From Polyangiales bacterium (GTDB lineage: Bacteria; Myxococcota_A; Polyangia; Polyangiales; Polyangiaceae), in NCBI GenBank assembly GCA_038231275.1, contig JBBRLQ010000036.1, positions 1-64,000 on the forward strand: a DNA stretch of 64,000 nt. The letters are read 5' to 3'. Within the stretch, counting starts at the first letter, position 1. Every line of letters begins with the position of its first letter. This document shows positions 52,122 through 62,170 of the stretch, piece after piece. Below the pieces are notes generated by a model. It had not been told where the DNA came from. It saw only the letters and a list, made by a program, of their open reading frames with translations, and made no database searches. The position numbers and the translations under genes were made by a program.

Positions 52122-52550
52122 CTACGACGTGTGCTCGAGCATTACGCTGCCGCTCGCGCGCGCGGCGTCGAGCTCCGTCGCGGGGCGCTGGCCGCGGACG
52201 ATCGCCCACGACGTCGCGTTGCGCATCGTCTTGGCGGCGGAGATCGCTTGCCGCGCGCTCGGGAAGACCCAGGACATCGCGCCCGGCTGGACGTTGTGCC
52301 ACCCGTAGACGATGAGCGTGACCTCCTCGTCGAGGAGCGGATCGTTGTCGTTGCCGGCGCGGCCTACCACCGGACCTCCGACCTCAGGCGAGCGCTTCCG
52401 GGTCGACCTGGACGAGAGCGCCGGCGACTCGTGGATGCCCGAATCGAGATCGGCCTCGTCGCGAAGGTCGCCACGACCGATCTCGTCGTTCGCCCGTTGC
52501 GCAGCCCATGCTGTGGCATGCGCCTTCAGGATTTCGGCAAGTTTCGACAT
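52122..52550 (-). CDS. Hypothetical protein
   Basis: GC3-rich open frame with conserved-looking VYGWH....SWVFPS; start uncertain. Confidence 0.6.
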   Translation of the reverse strand: MSKLAEILKAHATAWAAQRANDEIGRGDLRDEADLDSGIHESPALSSRSTRKRSPEVGGPVVGRAGNDNDPLLDEEVTLIVYGWHNVQPGAMSWVFPSARQAISAAKTMRNATSWAIVRGQRPATELDAARASGSVMLEHTS

Positions 52551-52759
52551 TCCCCGGAGCCCATATGAAGGCATTGCGCGCCGACGTAAAGAGGCGATTT
52601 CGTGAATCTTTTGTCGCGGCGCGTCATGAGCCTGTGTCAGGACCTCCATCGTCCGGGGCGGAACGATGAACCATGGAAAATTATGCCCCTTTTCGATCTG
52701 CGCTCCGATGGCCGGGTCCGTAAATGGGGGTTCGATGCGTCATTCGCTAAGATGCGAGG

Positions 52760-54328
52760 GTGACCCAGATCCCGAGCGAGCAGGCTCGTTTGGACGGGAC
52801 CCACGCGCCGTTCGGCGGGGGACCCGGCTACGGCACGCCGCTATGGAGCACGCGCGTCCCGAGCCTTCAGTCGCGTCCGGGATGGCCGCTCGTGCCGATC
52901 GCGCCGGCCGTCGTCATCGCGGTCGGGCTCGCCGTTGCGATCGCGATCGGCGTGGTCGGCGTCGATCAGCTGTCGCGTAGCTCGTACGATCACGCGGCGG
53001 CGCAGGCGTCGCTCCTCGCCGACACGGTTGCGGCGCGTCTCGACAGGCTGCCGCAATCCGAGCGCGCAGAGGCGGTGCGCCTCGCGTCGAAGGGGACCGG
53101 GGCGGAGCTGCTCGTCGTCACCGGGGACGGCGAGGTCGTGCAGAACATGACGCTCGGCGCGCCGGACGCGAAGCTCGTGAAGGCGGTGCTCGCCGCGCGC
53201 GATGGTGAAGCGCTGACGGCGCGAGGACGGACGCGCTTTAGCGTGCACCCAATCGGGACGTCGACCGCGCCGCTGCAGCTCGTGGCGTTCGTGCAGCAGA
53301 GGAGCGCGCCGAGCGGGGCGCCGGCGTTCATCACGGCGCTCCTCGCGCTCACGACGTTGCTCGTCGGCGTCGCTGCGACGGTCGCGTACGCCGTCGCGCG
53401 CGACGCGAACAAGGACGTCGACTTCGTCACCAAGCGCGTCGCCGGCATGGCGCACGTGCAGACGGAGCCCACCGGCGATGCGGTCCCTGTGCGCACGATG
53501 GACGAGGTGGGGCTCCTGACCAGCGCCTTCAACGAGCTCCTCGGCCGCTTCGCGCAAGCGGAGACGAGCTACCGCGGAGATCTCTCTCGCGCGAGCGCCG
53601 CCGACAGGGATCGCGCGGCGTTCCTCGCGGCGGTCAGCCACGAGCTGCGAAGCCCGCTCAACGCGATCCTCGGGTTCGCGGACATCCTCCTCACCGAGGT
53701 CGACGGTCCGCTCTCTCCCGACGCGCGCCAGGAGGTCGAGCAGATCCGCGGCAGCGGGCAGCACCTGCTCGAGCTCATCAACGACATCCTCGAGTTCTCG
53801 GCGCTCGAGACCGGGCAGCTCCGCATCACGCGGACGAAGGTCGATCTGACGCGCCTCTGCAACGAGATCGTCCGCGAGGCCGCGGTCGTCCTGGCGGGTC
53901 GGCCCGTGCGCATCTCCGTGCACGGCGATCCCATCGTGCTCGCGCACGTCGATCCGAAGAGGACGCGCCAGGTCGTCACGAACCTCGTCGGCAACGCCGT
54001 CAAATTCACGCAGCAGGGCGAGGTCATCGTGCGCGTCACGCGAGAGCGCACGCACGCCCTCGTCAGCGTGACCGACACCGGGCCCGGAATCAGCGCCGCC
54101 GAGCGCGCGGTCATCTTCGAGGAGTACAAGCAGGCGAAGGACGAGCGCGCGAAGAAGCGCGGCACCGGGCTCGGCCTCGCGATCGCGCGTCGCCTCGTGC
54201 TCATGCACGGCGGCACGATCCAGGTCGAGAGCGAGCTGGGTCGCGGCTCCACGTTCAAGGTCTATTTGCCGCTGTGGAAGGGCGCCGAGACCGACGCCGA
54301 CGACACACTCCAGCCGGTGGGCCGGTGA
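52760..54328 (+). CDS. HAMP-containing sensor histidine kinase (canonical)
   Basis: Two TM helices, DEVGLL..AFN, H box SHELRSPL, N box NLVGNAVKF, G1 DTGPG, G2 GTGLGL. Confidence 0.95.
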   Translation: MTQIPSEQARLDGTHAPFGGGPGYGTPLWSTRVPSLQSRPGWPLVPIAPAVVIAVGLAVAIAIGVVGVDQLSRSSYDHAAAQASLLADTVAARLDRLPQSERAEAVRLASKGTGAELLVVTGDGEVVQNMTLGAPDAKLVKAVLAARDGEALTARGRTRFSVHPIGTSTAPLQLVAFVQQRSAPSGAPAFITALLALTTLLVGVAATVAYAVARDANKDVDFVTKRVAGMAHVQTEPTGDAVPVRTMDEVGLLTSAFNELLGRFAQAETSYRGDLSRASAADRDRAAFLAAVSHELRSPLNAILGFADILLTEVDGPLSPDARQEVEQIRGSGQHLLELINDILEFSALETGQLRITRTKVDLTRLCNEIVREAAVVLAGRPVRISVHGDPIVLAHVDPKRTRQVVTNLVGNAVKFTQQGEVIVRVTRERTHALVSVTDTGPGISAAERAVIFEEYKQAKDERAKKRGTGLGLAIARRLVLMHGGTIQVESELGRGSTFKVYLPLWKGAETDADDTLQPVGR

Positions 54329-56232
54329 ACGTCGGCGCGGCGCGGCTCGTCCTGCGGCTCATCGCCACGCAGGTCGTCGTCCTTCTTGTGACGTGCCTCG
54401 TCGTCGTCGCCTTCGCGCCGCGGCTGCTCCTCCTCGACTCCACGATCCTTCGAGGGACCATCTCGGGCGGCCTGTGGGCGGCGGCGCTCATGTCGGTGTT
54501 CATGGTGGCCGTGACGTGGCTGCTCACGCGGCCCCTGCAGCCGATGCTCCGTTTGCTCGCGCTGGACTCGGCGTCGATCGAGCCGGTGGAGCTGCTCACG
54601 CTGTACACGCTCCCCGCCCGCCTCGCGGTGCTCGACGTCGCCGGCGCGCTGGTGCTGTCGTCGCTCACGCTCATCGACGTGTTTCGCCCTGAAACGAACG
54701 ATCTGCACACGCAGACGGCGCTCGTGCTCCTGACGATGACGATGATCAGCGCGGCGTCGCTGCCTCTCTACGTCATGATGCGGGGGCTCGTAGGGCGCGT
54801 GCTGGAGCTCGCGCCGCCGGACGCGACGCGCGAGGCGGTGCAGCTCCTCGAAGGGCCTGGACGGCGCGGGCGCGTGCAGCGCGTGCGGATGCGCCTCCTC
54901 GCCGCCGTTGCAGGACCGGTCGCCTTCGTCGCGCTCGGCTCGTCGCTCCTCGTCTACGCGCACGCGCGCGCGCAGGACATGGAGGTGCGCGAGGAGTACG
55001 CGCGCGAGCTCGTCTCCGGCGCGTTCGAGATGGTCTCGGGCGACGGGTCCGGTCGCGCGGAGGCGATCGCGCAGGCCAACGGGCATGGCTACCAGATCAC
55101 GCTCGCACCTCGTCCCGCGCCGGGCGGCATCGTGCACGACGACGACGGCTTCACGGTGGTGACGGTCCCGCTCGACGCCGGCCACGCGCGCGTGCGCTTC
55201 GAGACGACACACCTCTCGCCGGTCACTGGCGTCTACATCCTGCTCGCCCTCGTCGCGACGGCCCTCGCCGGCATCCTCGGGGCGCGCATCGGCGCCGCGT
55301 TCGCCGACGACGTGGCCCTCGCGACGCGCGAGATTCGCTCGACCGGCATCGCCGACATCGTGCGCGGGACGAAGATCCCGAAGGAGGCGCGCTTCGCGTC
55401 GATCGCCACGCTCATGCACGCGATCGACGAGCTCGGGGCCGTCTTCCGCGAGTTCGCGTCGGCGCAAGAGCGAGCGATCGAGGCGCGCGCCGCCACCGAG
55501 CGCATGCGCGGCCTCTTCCTCGCGTCGATGAGCCACGACCTCAAGAGCCCGCTCAACTCGATCCTCGGCTTCGCGGAGCTCGTCCTCCGTAGCCCGCTCA
55601 GCGACCCGCAGCGCGAGAGCCTCGCCATCATCGAGCAACGCGGGCGCGAGCTGCTCACGCTCATCCAGGTCATCCTCGACTCGGCGCGCGCAGAGGCCGG
55701 CGAGCTCGACGTGTCGCCGGAGTGGACGATGGTCGGCGACGTCGTCATGAGCGCGGTGCTCGAGGCGCGCGATCTCGCGGTCGGCAGCGAGGTCCAGGTC
55801 GTCGGCGAAATCCAGCCTGGCGTCCCCAAGATGTACATCGACTCGGGCCGTGTCGTTCAGGCGCTCACCCAGGTCATCGTGAGCGCCGTGCGCCTCCTCG
55901 ACAAAGGCGTCGTCAACGTCCGCGCCACGGCTCCCTCGCCGCAGGCGAAGCGCCTCCGCGTGGACGTCGAGACGCAGGGCAGGGCCATTCCCCAGGTCGA
56001 GCTCGACAAGATCTTCGAGGCCTTCAAGTACGCCGACCGCGCGCGCCGTCACGGCAGCCTTGGGCTCGGCCTCTCGCTCGCCCGCTCGATCCTCGAGATC
56101 CACGGCGGAACGATCGGTCTGGAGGTGATGGAGGGCGGAGGCGGAGGCGGCGCCGTCTTCCGGATCTGGCTCCCCACGAGCGGCGAGCGGCTCAGCCTCA
56201 GGAGCGCTCCATCGCTGGCGCGTTTGCGATAA
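54325..56232 (+). CDS. Multi-TM sensor histidine kinase with a degenerate HATPase domain
   Basis: H box SHDLKSPL intact; N box reads QVIVSAVRL and G1 reads ETQGRA; G2 SLGLGL; GTGA overlap with the upstream kinase. Confidence 0.85.
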   Translation: MNVGAARLVLRLIATQVVVLLVTCLVVVAFAPRLLLLDSTILRGTISGGLWAAALMSVFMVAVTWLLTRPLQPMLRLLALDSASIEPVELLTLYTLPARLAVLDVAGALVLSSLTLIDVFRPETNDLHTQTALVLLTMTMISAASLPLYVMMRGLVGRVLELAPPDATREAVQLLEGPGRRGRVQRVRMRLLAAVAGPVAFVALGSSLLVYAHARAQDMEVREEYARELVSGAFEMVSGDGSGRAEAIAQANGHGYQITLAPRPAPGGIVHDDDGFTVVTVPLDAGHARVRFETTHLSPVTGVYILLALVATALAGILGARIGAAFADDVALATREIRSTGIADIVRGTKIPKEARFASIATLMHAIDELGAVFREFASAQERAIEARAATERMRGLFLASMSHDLKSPLNSILGFAELVLRSPLSDPQRESLAIIEQRGRELLTLIQVILDSARAEAGELDVSPEWTMVGDVVMSAVLEARDLAVGSEVQVVGEIQPGVPKMYIDSGRVVQALTQVIVSAVRLLDKGVVNVRATAPSPQAKRLRVDVETQGRAIPQVELDKIFEAFKYADRARRHGSLGLGLSLARSILEIHGGTIGLEVMEGGGGGGAVFRIWLPTSGERLSLRSAPSLARLR

Positions 56233-56242
56233 TCTCCCCATC

Positions 56243-56596
56243 GTGGCCGAAGAGGACGACGACGCGACCCCGATCTTCAGCGCGCTCCCCAGCGTGATGT
56301 TCGTCGGGCTGAGCGATGCGCTCGCAGAGGCGTGCTCGCCGGGCTGCGATCCGGTCCTCATCTTGAAGGTGGCGCACCCCGCCGCCGCGCTCCAGCGAAT
56401 GGTCGCGACGCACCCGCTCTTGCTCATCCTGGGCAAGTCGGTCAACAAGGCCAACGAGGACGCGATCCGCCAGCACGCCACCGCGATCGGCTCCGAAATC
56501 CTCCTCGAGACCGACCTGATGATGGACGAGCTCGACGCGCAACTGCGCGTGACCGTGCGTCAGGCGATGCGGGCGCGCACGCTCCGTTCGATGTGA
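56243..56596 (+). CDS. Small protein, possible degenerate receiver domain
   Basis: Beta/alpha alternation VMFVG..LILKV..AAALQRM...PLLLILG; starts 10 bp after the kinase; no acidic pocket. Confidence 0.55.
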   Translation: MAEEDDDATPIFSALPSVMFVGLSDALAEACSPGCDPVLILKVAHPAAALQRMVATHPLLLILGKSVNKANEDAIRQHATAIGSEILLETDLMMDELDAQLRVTVRQAMRARTLRSM

Positions 56597-56603
56597 TCGC
56601 CGT

Positions 56604-58052
56604 TCACCGCGGCGCGGCCTCGATCGCGCAGAGGACGCCGCGCGCCTTGTTGCGGGTCTCGTCGGCTTCGCTCTTCGGAACGCTCGCCTCCACGATCCCC
56701 GCGCCGGCGGTGACCTCGAACCGATCGCCGTGGCACACCGCGGTTCGGATCGCGATCGCGAAGTCCAGATCGCCCGTCTTGGCGACGTAGCCGACGGCGC
56801 CGGCGTAAATCCCGCGCGGTCGCGTCTCGAGCTCGCGGATGATTTGCATCGCGCGGACCTTGGGCGCGCCGGACAGCGTGCCGGCGGGGAACGCCGCGCG
56901 AACGACCTCGAGCGGCGGCGTCTTCGGAGAGATCTTGCCGCGCACCTCGCTCACGATGTGCATCACGTGCGAGTAGCGCTCGACCTGCATCTTCTTCACG
57001 AGCTCCACGCTGCCGATCTCCGCGACGCGGCCGACGTCGTTGCGACCGAGGTCGATGAGCATGACGTGCTCGGCGCGCTCTTTGGGATCGGCCATGAGCT
57101 CACGCTCGTTCGCGTCGTCCTCCGCCTCGGTCTTGCCGCGCGGACGGGTGCCGGCGATCGGCCGGACGGTCATCACGTTCTCCTCGAGGCGAACGAGCGT
57201 CTCCGGGCTGGCGCCCATGATCTGCGTGCGCGAGGTCTCCCCGGGCGCCGGCGGCAGATCGAGGAAGTACATGTACGGCGACGGGTTGATGAGGCGCATC
57301 GCGCGGTAGACGTCGAAGGGCTCGCGGCCGCCGCGGGGGACCGAGAACGTGCGCGCGAGGACGATCTGGAACGCGTCGCCGGCGGCGATGTACTCCTGCG
57401 CGCGCCGCACCTTCGCTTCGAAGGTCGCGTCGTCGACGTCGACCTCGACGTTCACCGGAATGCGAGCGCGGTCGGGCAACGCGATGCGTGAGAGCGGACC
57501 GGCGCCGGCGAGATCGACGGCGGCGCGGTCGACCTCGGCCTCGCCCTCGGCGGCGATCGTGACCGTGTGGGAGAGCGCGTCGAAGACGACGATCGTGGCG
57601 CCGCCGACGAAGCGCGCCAAAGGGCGCTCCAGTTGGCCGAGGCGGGCGAGGAGCTCGTCGCTCCAGCCGGGGACCTTGTCGATCGTGTGGACGATGTCCC
57701 ACGCGAGGTAGCCGACGTGCGCGCGGGCGAGGCGCGCCGCGGGGTTGCCGGCAGTACGCGCGTCGGTCGCGCGAAAGAGATCCTGCGCGGCGGCGAGAGG
57801 ATCGCCGGGTCTGCCCAGCGACGGCGGCGGCGCGTCTCCGCCATCGCGTCCGCCCGTCACGATCCAGCCTGATTTGCCGAGGATCGCCTCGTACCGCGGC
57901 CGATAGCCGAGGATGGAATAGCGTCCCCATCGCTCGCCGCCCACGACGCTCTCGAGGAGGAAGCTTGCCGCGTCGGGCGCGGCGCGTCGCAACGCGGCGT
58001 AGGCGCGGACCGGGGTGAGATCGTCGGCGACGAACGTCCGGAGGGTCACCAT
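56604..58052 (-). CDS. trpE: Anthranilate synthase component I
   Basis: D.LTPV, FLLESV.GGE..GRYS, NPSPYM, SPE, KERAEHVMLIDLGRND, FPAGTLSGAPK. Confidence 0.93.
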   Translation of the reverse strand: MVTLRTFVADDLTPVRAYAALRRAAPDAASFLLESVVGGERWGRYSILGYRPRYEAILGKSGWIVTGGRDGGDAPPPSLGRPGDPLAAAQDLFRATDARTAGNPAARLARAHVGYLAWDIVHTIDKVPGWSDELLARLGQLERPLARFVGGATIVVFDALSHTVTIAAEGEAEVDRAAVDLAGAGPLSRIALPDRARIPVNVEVDVDDATFEAKVRRAQEYIAAGDAFQIVLARTFSVPRGGREPFDVYRAMRLINPSPYMYFLDLPPAPGETSRTQIMGASPETLVRLEENVMTVRPIAGTRPRGKTEAEDDANERELMADPKERAEHVMLIDLGRNDVGRVAEIGSVELVKKMQVERYSHVMHIVSEVRGKISPKTPPLEVVRAAFPAGTLSGAPKVRAMQIIRELETRPRGIYAGAVGYVAKTGDLDFAIAIRTAVCHGDRFEVTAGAGIVEASVPKSEADETRNKARGVLCAIEAAPR

Positions 58053-58062
58053 TCGCGCGCGC

Positions 58063-59340
58063 TCATACGCCGAGGAGCTTGCGCGCGCGCGCCGGATCGG
58101 CAGGCGTGCGGCCGATGCTCCGCGCGTAGGCGGCGGCCCTGGCAACGAGGGGCGCGCTCCCTTCGGAGAGGACGCCCTTGGTCAGGTAGATGTTGTCCTC
58201 GAGGCCGACGCGCGCGTGGCCGCCCATGCGCATCGCGAGCTCGGTGAGCGGCATCTGGTGACGCCCGACCGCGGCGACGCCCCAGGTCGCTCCCTCGGGA
58301 AGGAGCGAGCGCATGTACCGAACGTTGGCCTCCGTGGCGCCGATGCCGCCCGCGATGCCCATCACGAACTGGAAGTGCAGCGGCTCGGAGATCGCGCCCT
58401 CCTTGAGCAGCGCGAGCGCCTCCTCGACGTGGCCGATCTCGTAGCACTCGAGCTCGGCGATCGTGCCGGACTTGCGGATGCGCGCGGCAAGATCGCGGAT
58501 CTGCGGGCGCGTGTTGACGAAGACGTCGTCGCCGAAGTTGATGGTGCCGCAGTTGAGCGTCGCCATCTCCGGCTTGCAGAGGAGAGGCTGGGCGCGCTCG
58601 TCGATCGACATGCCGACGGCGCCGCCGGTCGAGGTCTGCACGATCACGTCGGTCTTCTTGCGGATCGCGACGATCGCCTCCTCGAAGCGCTCGCGCGATT
58701 GGGTGGGCGAGCCGTCGGGGTTGCGGACGTGGAGGTGGATGACCGCGACGCCCGCCTCGCGGCAGCGCGCGGCCTCGTCGGCGATCTCTTGCGCGGTGAT
58801 CGGAAGGTGCGGCGTCTGCGCGCGCGTGACCTCGGCGCCCACGATCGCAGCGGTGAGGATGACGTCCGGCGCGAGCGGAGGGGTGACGATCGAGGCGGTC
58901 TCCGGCGCGGGACCGGCGGGGAGCGCTGGCATGTACAGCTCCTTGTGGCGGCGCTGGAGCGGCTTCGGCGTCACGCAAGTCCCGGTGGCGCGGCACACCA
59001 CGATCGGCTCGGCCAGCACGTCGGCCGCGCTCGCCGGCATCCCCGGTTGGCGGACGCCGGTGACGACCTTGCGCGCCTCGAACCGCATCTGACGGCTGGT
59101 GTTCCCGACGCCGGTGAGCTCGGCGGTCGCCTCGATGTAGTCGCCTGCGAAGACCGGCGCGAGGAAGTCGACGGTGTCGTACGCGCGGAACAGACCCTCG
59201 TCCCCGTCGAGGCGAATGAGCAGCTCCGTCGCGAGATCGCCGAACAGCGCGAGCATGCGCGCGCCATCGACCAGCTCCCCGGCGTAGTGCGCGTCGTGCG
59301 CGGACATGCGGAGACGAAGAGTGACCCTGAGCCCGATCAT
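58063..59340 (-). CDS. kal-kce: Fused 3-aminobutyryl-CoA ammonia-lyase (Kal, hotdog fold) and 3-keto-5-aminohexanoate cleavage enzyme (Kce)
   Basis: N-terminal [25 protein letters not shown]....[11 protein letters not shown]-terminal [26 protein letters not shown]. Confidence 0.9.
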   Translation of the reverse strand: MIGLRVTLRLRMSAHDAHYAGELVDGARMLALFGDLATELLIRLDGDEGLFRAYDTVDFLAPVFAGDYIEATAELTGVGNTSRQMRFEARKVVTGVRQPGMPASAADVLAEPIVVCRATGTCVTPKPLQRRHKELYMPALPAGPAPETASIVTPPLAPDVILTAAIVGAEVTRAQTPHLPITAQEIADEAARCREAGVAVIHLHVRNPDGSPTQSRERFEEAIVAIRKKTDVIVQTSTGGAVGMSIDERAQPLLCKPEMATLNCGTINFGDDVFVNTRPQIRDLAARIRKSGTIAELECYEIGHVEEALALLKEGAISEPLHFQFVMGIAGGIGATEANVRYMRSLLPEGATWGVAAVGRHQMPLTELAMRMGGHARVGLEDNIYLTKGVLSEGSAPLVARAAAYARSIGRTPADPARARKLLGV

Positions 59341-59376
59341 GCCTTGATCCGTACCACGAGAGGCCCGCCTTCGCAG

Positions 59377-61047
59377 TCACCTTGGGCAGTCGTCGGGGAC
59401 GGTGTCGCCGCCGTTTCCATGCACGCCGGTGAGGAGCCACACGGGGCCTTTCGTCCCCGGCGAATACCCGTAAATCACCTGGTATCCATCGTCATGGACC
59501 GTCGCGCGCGCCACGACGGCACTGAGGCTGCACCGGGGCGGTCCGAGCCGAGGTGGCGAGTCCTGAGGTTCGTTGACGAGGACGCGGAGGACTCGCGCCG
59601 ACGCGATGACGAAGATCGAAATGGGCTTTCCCGCTTGGGTTCCGAAGAAGCGATAGCGGACCTCGGTGCCTCCCGGCATGACGCCGACGTCGACCGTGCC
59701 GTCGGAGCGCGCGGGCGTCGCCATCAACGAGACGAGCACGGCGTCCGGCGCGATCTTCCGCGCCTGCGCCTCCGCGGTTGGGAGATAGCCGGAGACGTCG
59801 AACGCGGCCGCGCCCACTACGGGCTCCTCCGACGGTCGATCGAGGCTCGCGACCGCGTGCCCGCGACGCATCGCCGCGCGACCGAGGAGCAGTGGCACGG
59901 CGACCGCGAGGAGCACCGTGAGGACAGCGAACGCGACGATCGCGACGCCGCGCGCCTGCGACGGGGCCACCGCTGCCGGCGGAGGGCTGGTGGCCGCCGG
60001 CGCGGACGAAAACGACGCCGACGACAAGGTGCTGAGGTTCGCGCCTGGCGGGAGCGGAAGGAGCGGCGGGTCCGTGGGCAGCGGCACGGGGACCGTCGAA
60101 GGCACCGGCTCCTCGGTCCGCTCGATCTCCAGAAGCGCCCGCTCCAACTCCGCGGCCATCGCGCTCGCGCTCGGGAAGCGCGCGTCCGGCTCCTTCGCCA
60201 TCGCGCGCAGGACCACGCGCTCGACGCTCGCCGGGACCTTCGGCGCGAACGTCCGCAGGCCCGGCGCCGGCGTCTCGACGTGCGCGCGCAGCAGATCGAA
60301 CGTCGAATCGAAGGCGAACGGCAACCGACCCGTCAGCGCCTCGAAGAGCACCACGCCGAGCGAGTACACGTCCGCGCGCGCGTCGATGTCGCGCGCCTCG
60401 CGCACCTGCTCCGGCGCCAGGTACGCAGGCGTCCCCAGCATCGCACCCGCGCGCGTCGGGCCGGTCCCGGGCGGCGCCGACAGCAACTTGGCAATGCCGA
60501 AATCCAGCACCTTTGCGTGGCCGCCTGGCGTGACGAAGATGTTCTCTGGCTTGAGATCGCGGTGCACGACCCCCTTGTCGTGCGCCGCCGAGAGCGCCGC
60601 GAGCACCTCCAACGCGAGCGCGCCGACCTCACGCAGCGGCAACGCGCCGCGCGCCGCGATCAGCGTGGACAAGGACGACCCCTCGAGGTGCTCCATGACG
60701 ATGCACGGCGGGCCGCTGGGCAGGACGAGCATGTCGAGGACGTTGACGATGTTCTCGTGGCGTATGAGGTTCACGACGCGCGCCTCGGCGAAGAAGCGCT
60801 CGAGCTCGACGAGATCGCGCGCGCGGTCCTCGGCGAGCACCTTGATCGCGACGCGCGCGCCGATGTTCGGCTGCACCGCTCGGTACACCCGCCCCATCCC
60901 GCCTTGTCCGATCCGCGAAGCGATGCGGTAGCTCCCCACCGTCTCGCCGAGGAGCGGATCGTCGGACTCCGCGAGGCGATGACCATCGCGTGTGCAGCTG
61001 CCGCTGGCGGGCGCCGATTCACCGCACTCCGGACAGACCCACCGCAC
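59377..61047 (-). CDS. Membrane Ser/Thr protein kinase
   Basis: CPEC..C..DG ribbon, GQGGMGRVY, VAIK, HRDLKPEN, DFG, GTPAYLAPE, TM helix. Confidence 0.93.
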   Translation of the reverse strand: MRWVCPECGESAPASGSCTRDGHRLAESDDPLLGETVGSYRIASRIGQGGMGRVYRAVQPNIGARVAIKVLAEDRARDLVELERFFAEARVVNLIRHENIVNVLDMLVLPSGPPCIVMEHLEGSSLSTLIAARGALPLREVGALALEVLAALSAAHDKGVVHRDLKPENIFVTPGGHAKVLDFGIAKLLSAPPGTGPTRAGAMLGTPAYLAPEQVREARDIDARADVYSLGVVLFEALTGRLPFAFDSTFDLLRAHVETPAPGLRTFAPKVPASVERVVLRAMAKEPDARFPSASAMAAELERALLEIERTEEPVPSTVPVPLPTDPPLLPLPPGANLSTLSSASFSSAPAATSPPPAAVAPSQARGVAIVAFAVLTVLLAVAVPLLLGRAAMRRGHAVASLDRPSEEPVVGAAAFDVSGYLPTAEAQARKIAPDAVLVSLMATPARSDGTVDVGVMPGGTEVRYRFFGTQAGKPISIFVIASARVLRVLVNEPQDSPPRLGPPRCSLSAVVARATVHDDGYQVIYGYSPGTKGPVWLLTGVHGNGGDTVPDDCPR

Positions 61048-61136
61048 GATGGAAAGAGTACACCGGCCTCACGCAGGCCGCTCGTCAGGGTCCGGCGTCG
61101 AAGGCGCACGTCAGCGGCTCGGAGGGCATGCGGCGC

Positions 61137-61661
61137 CTACGGGTTCTGGAGCGGCGCGGCGCGAACGCACGCGGCGGTGTCGGTCTTTCCGGCGAGCCAC
61201 GAGACGAGGCAGGTGTCGCGATCGTCGCCGACCGCCATGAGGCTTCCTCCCTTGTGATCCTCCTGACCGCGCCCTTTTCGGATGAGCGTGAGGCGCTCCG
61301 GCGCCGCGCCACGTTGCGATACGACCTGGCTCATGATCTCCGGCTCGAGCCCCACCACGGACTGGTAGTCCTGCTCGATCTCCGCTTGCGTCGTCGCGTA
61401 ACCGGGGAGGAGGTTCGGCGACGCGTCTTTCTCGAAGCGCAGGCCTTCACTGCCGTAAAGGCGCAGGTTGCGGAACGTCGTTCCGTGGCAGTCGAGGGTG
61501 CCGCATCGATCGACGAGCATCTTGGCGACCGGCTCGAACGTCGCGCGATCCGGCACGGTCTCGACGAAGCGCCCATCCGTCGCAGGCGTGGAGCACGCGG
61601 CGATGACGCCGAACGGCGCTCCGAAGACCAGCGCGAGCAAGAGAGAGCGTCGGGCGCTCAC
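61137..61661 (-). CDS. Lipoprotein with an atypical CX4CH motif (putative c-type cytochrome)
   Basis: Lipobox IAAC; RCGTLDCHG; distal HKGG. Confidence 0.65.
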   Translation of the reverse strand: MSARRSLLLALVFGAPFGVIAACSTPATDGRFVETVPDRATFEPVAKMLVDRCGTLDCHGTTFRNLRLYGSEGLRFEKDASPNLLPGYATTQAEIEQDYQSVVGLEPEIMSQVVSQRGAAPERLTLIRKGRGQEDHKGGSLMAVGDDRDTCLVSWLAGKTDTAACVRAAPLQNP

Positions 61662-62170
61662 GGCACACCTCCGTCACCCCAGCCGACGGCGACCGGCCCG
61701 GGCGAGCTCGGCCCCGCCGGATTGAAGTGACACCCGGCGCACGAACCGTCGCGGCCGATGTGCGATTTCATCGTGGTCGTCACGCCGCCGTAATCGACCT
61801 CGACTGTGATCGGATACGCCGGCGTCCACTCGTTCGGGGTCACGTAGAAGTTGCCGACGTCGTTCGTCGTCGCCGCGTGAGAGGCTCCAGTCGCGTCGGT
61901 CATCTTGACGATGGCGCCGCCCGCGCCGTTCTCGGGCGCGATCACGTAGGGCGTGACGAAGACGGTTCCCGCGACGTTGAATTGAGGCGGATCGCCGATT
62001 TTGCCGTCGTGGCAGAGGAGGCACGGCTGTCCGGGGCGATGGGTCGGGCCGGTGCCCACTCCCGACGCCTCGCCGCCGAGCGCGTCGACCTCGTTCGAAT
62101 GAACCGGATCGCACGCGAGAGCGCCGAGCGCCATCGACGCCGACGCGACCAGGAGCGCGGCGCGTTTCAT
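61658..62170 (-). CDS. Putative dihaem c-type cytochrome lipoprotein
   Basis: MKRAALL..ALAC lipobox; CLLCH and CAGCH motifs flanking a beta-rich domain; ATG overlaps the upstream TGA. Confidence 0.78.
   Translation of the reverse strand: MKRAALLVASASMALGALACDPVHSNEVDALGGEASGVGTGPTHRPGQPCLLCHDGKIGDPPQFNVAGTVFVTPYVIAPENGAGGAIVKMTDATGASHAATTNDVGNFYVTPNEWTPAYPITVEVDYGGVTTTMKSHIGRDGSCAGCHFNPAGPSSPGPVAVGWGDGGVP

Noticed and set aside
58015..61257. Very long opposite-strand ORFs (also 23836-27036, 20202-22952, 16830-18935, 8045-10084)
   Set aside because: These are shadow ORFs typical of high-GC DNA: Arg/Ala-rich, without motifs, and opposite well-supported genes.
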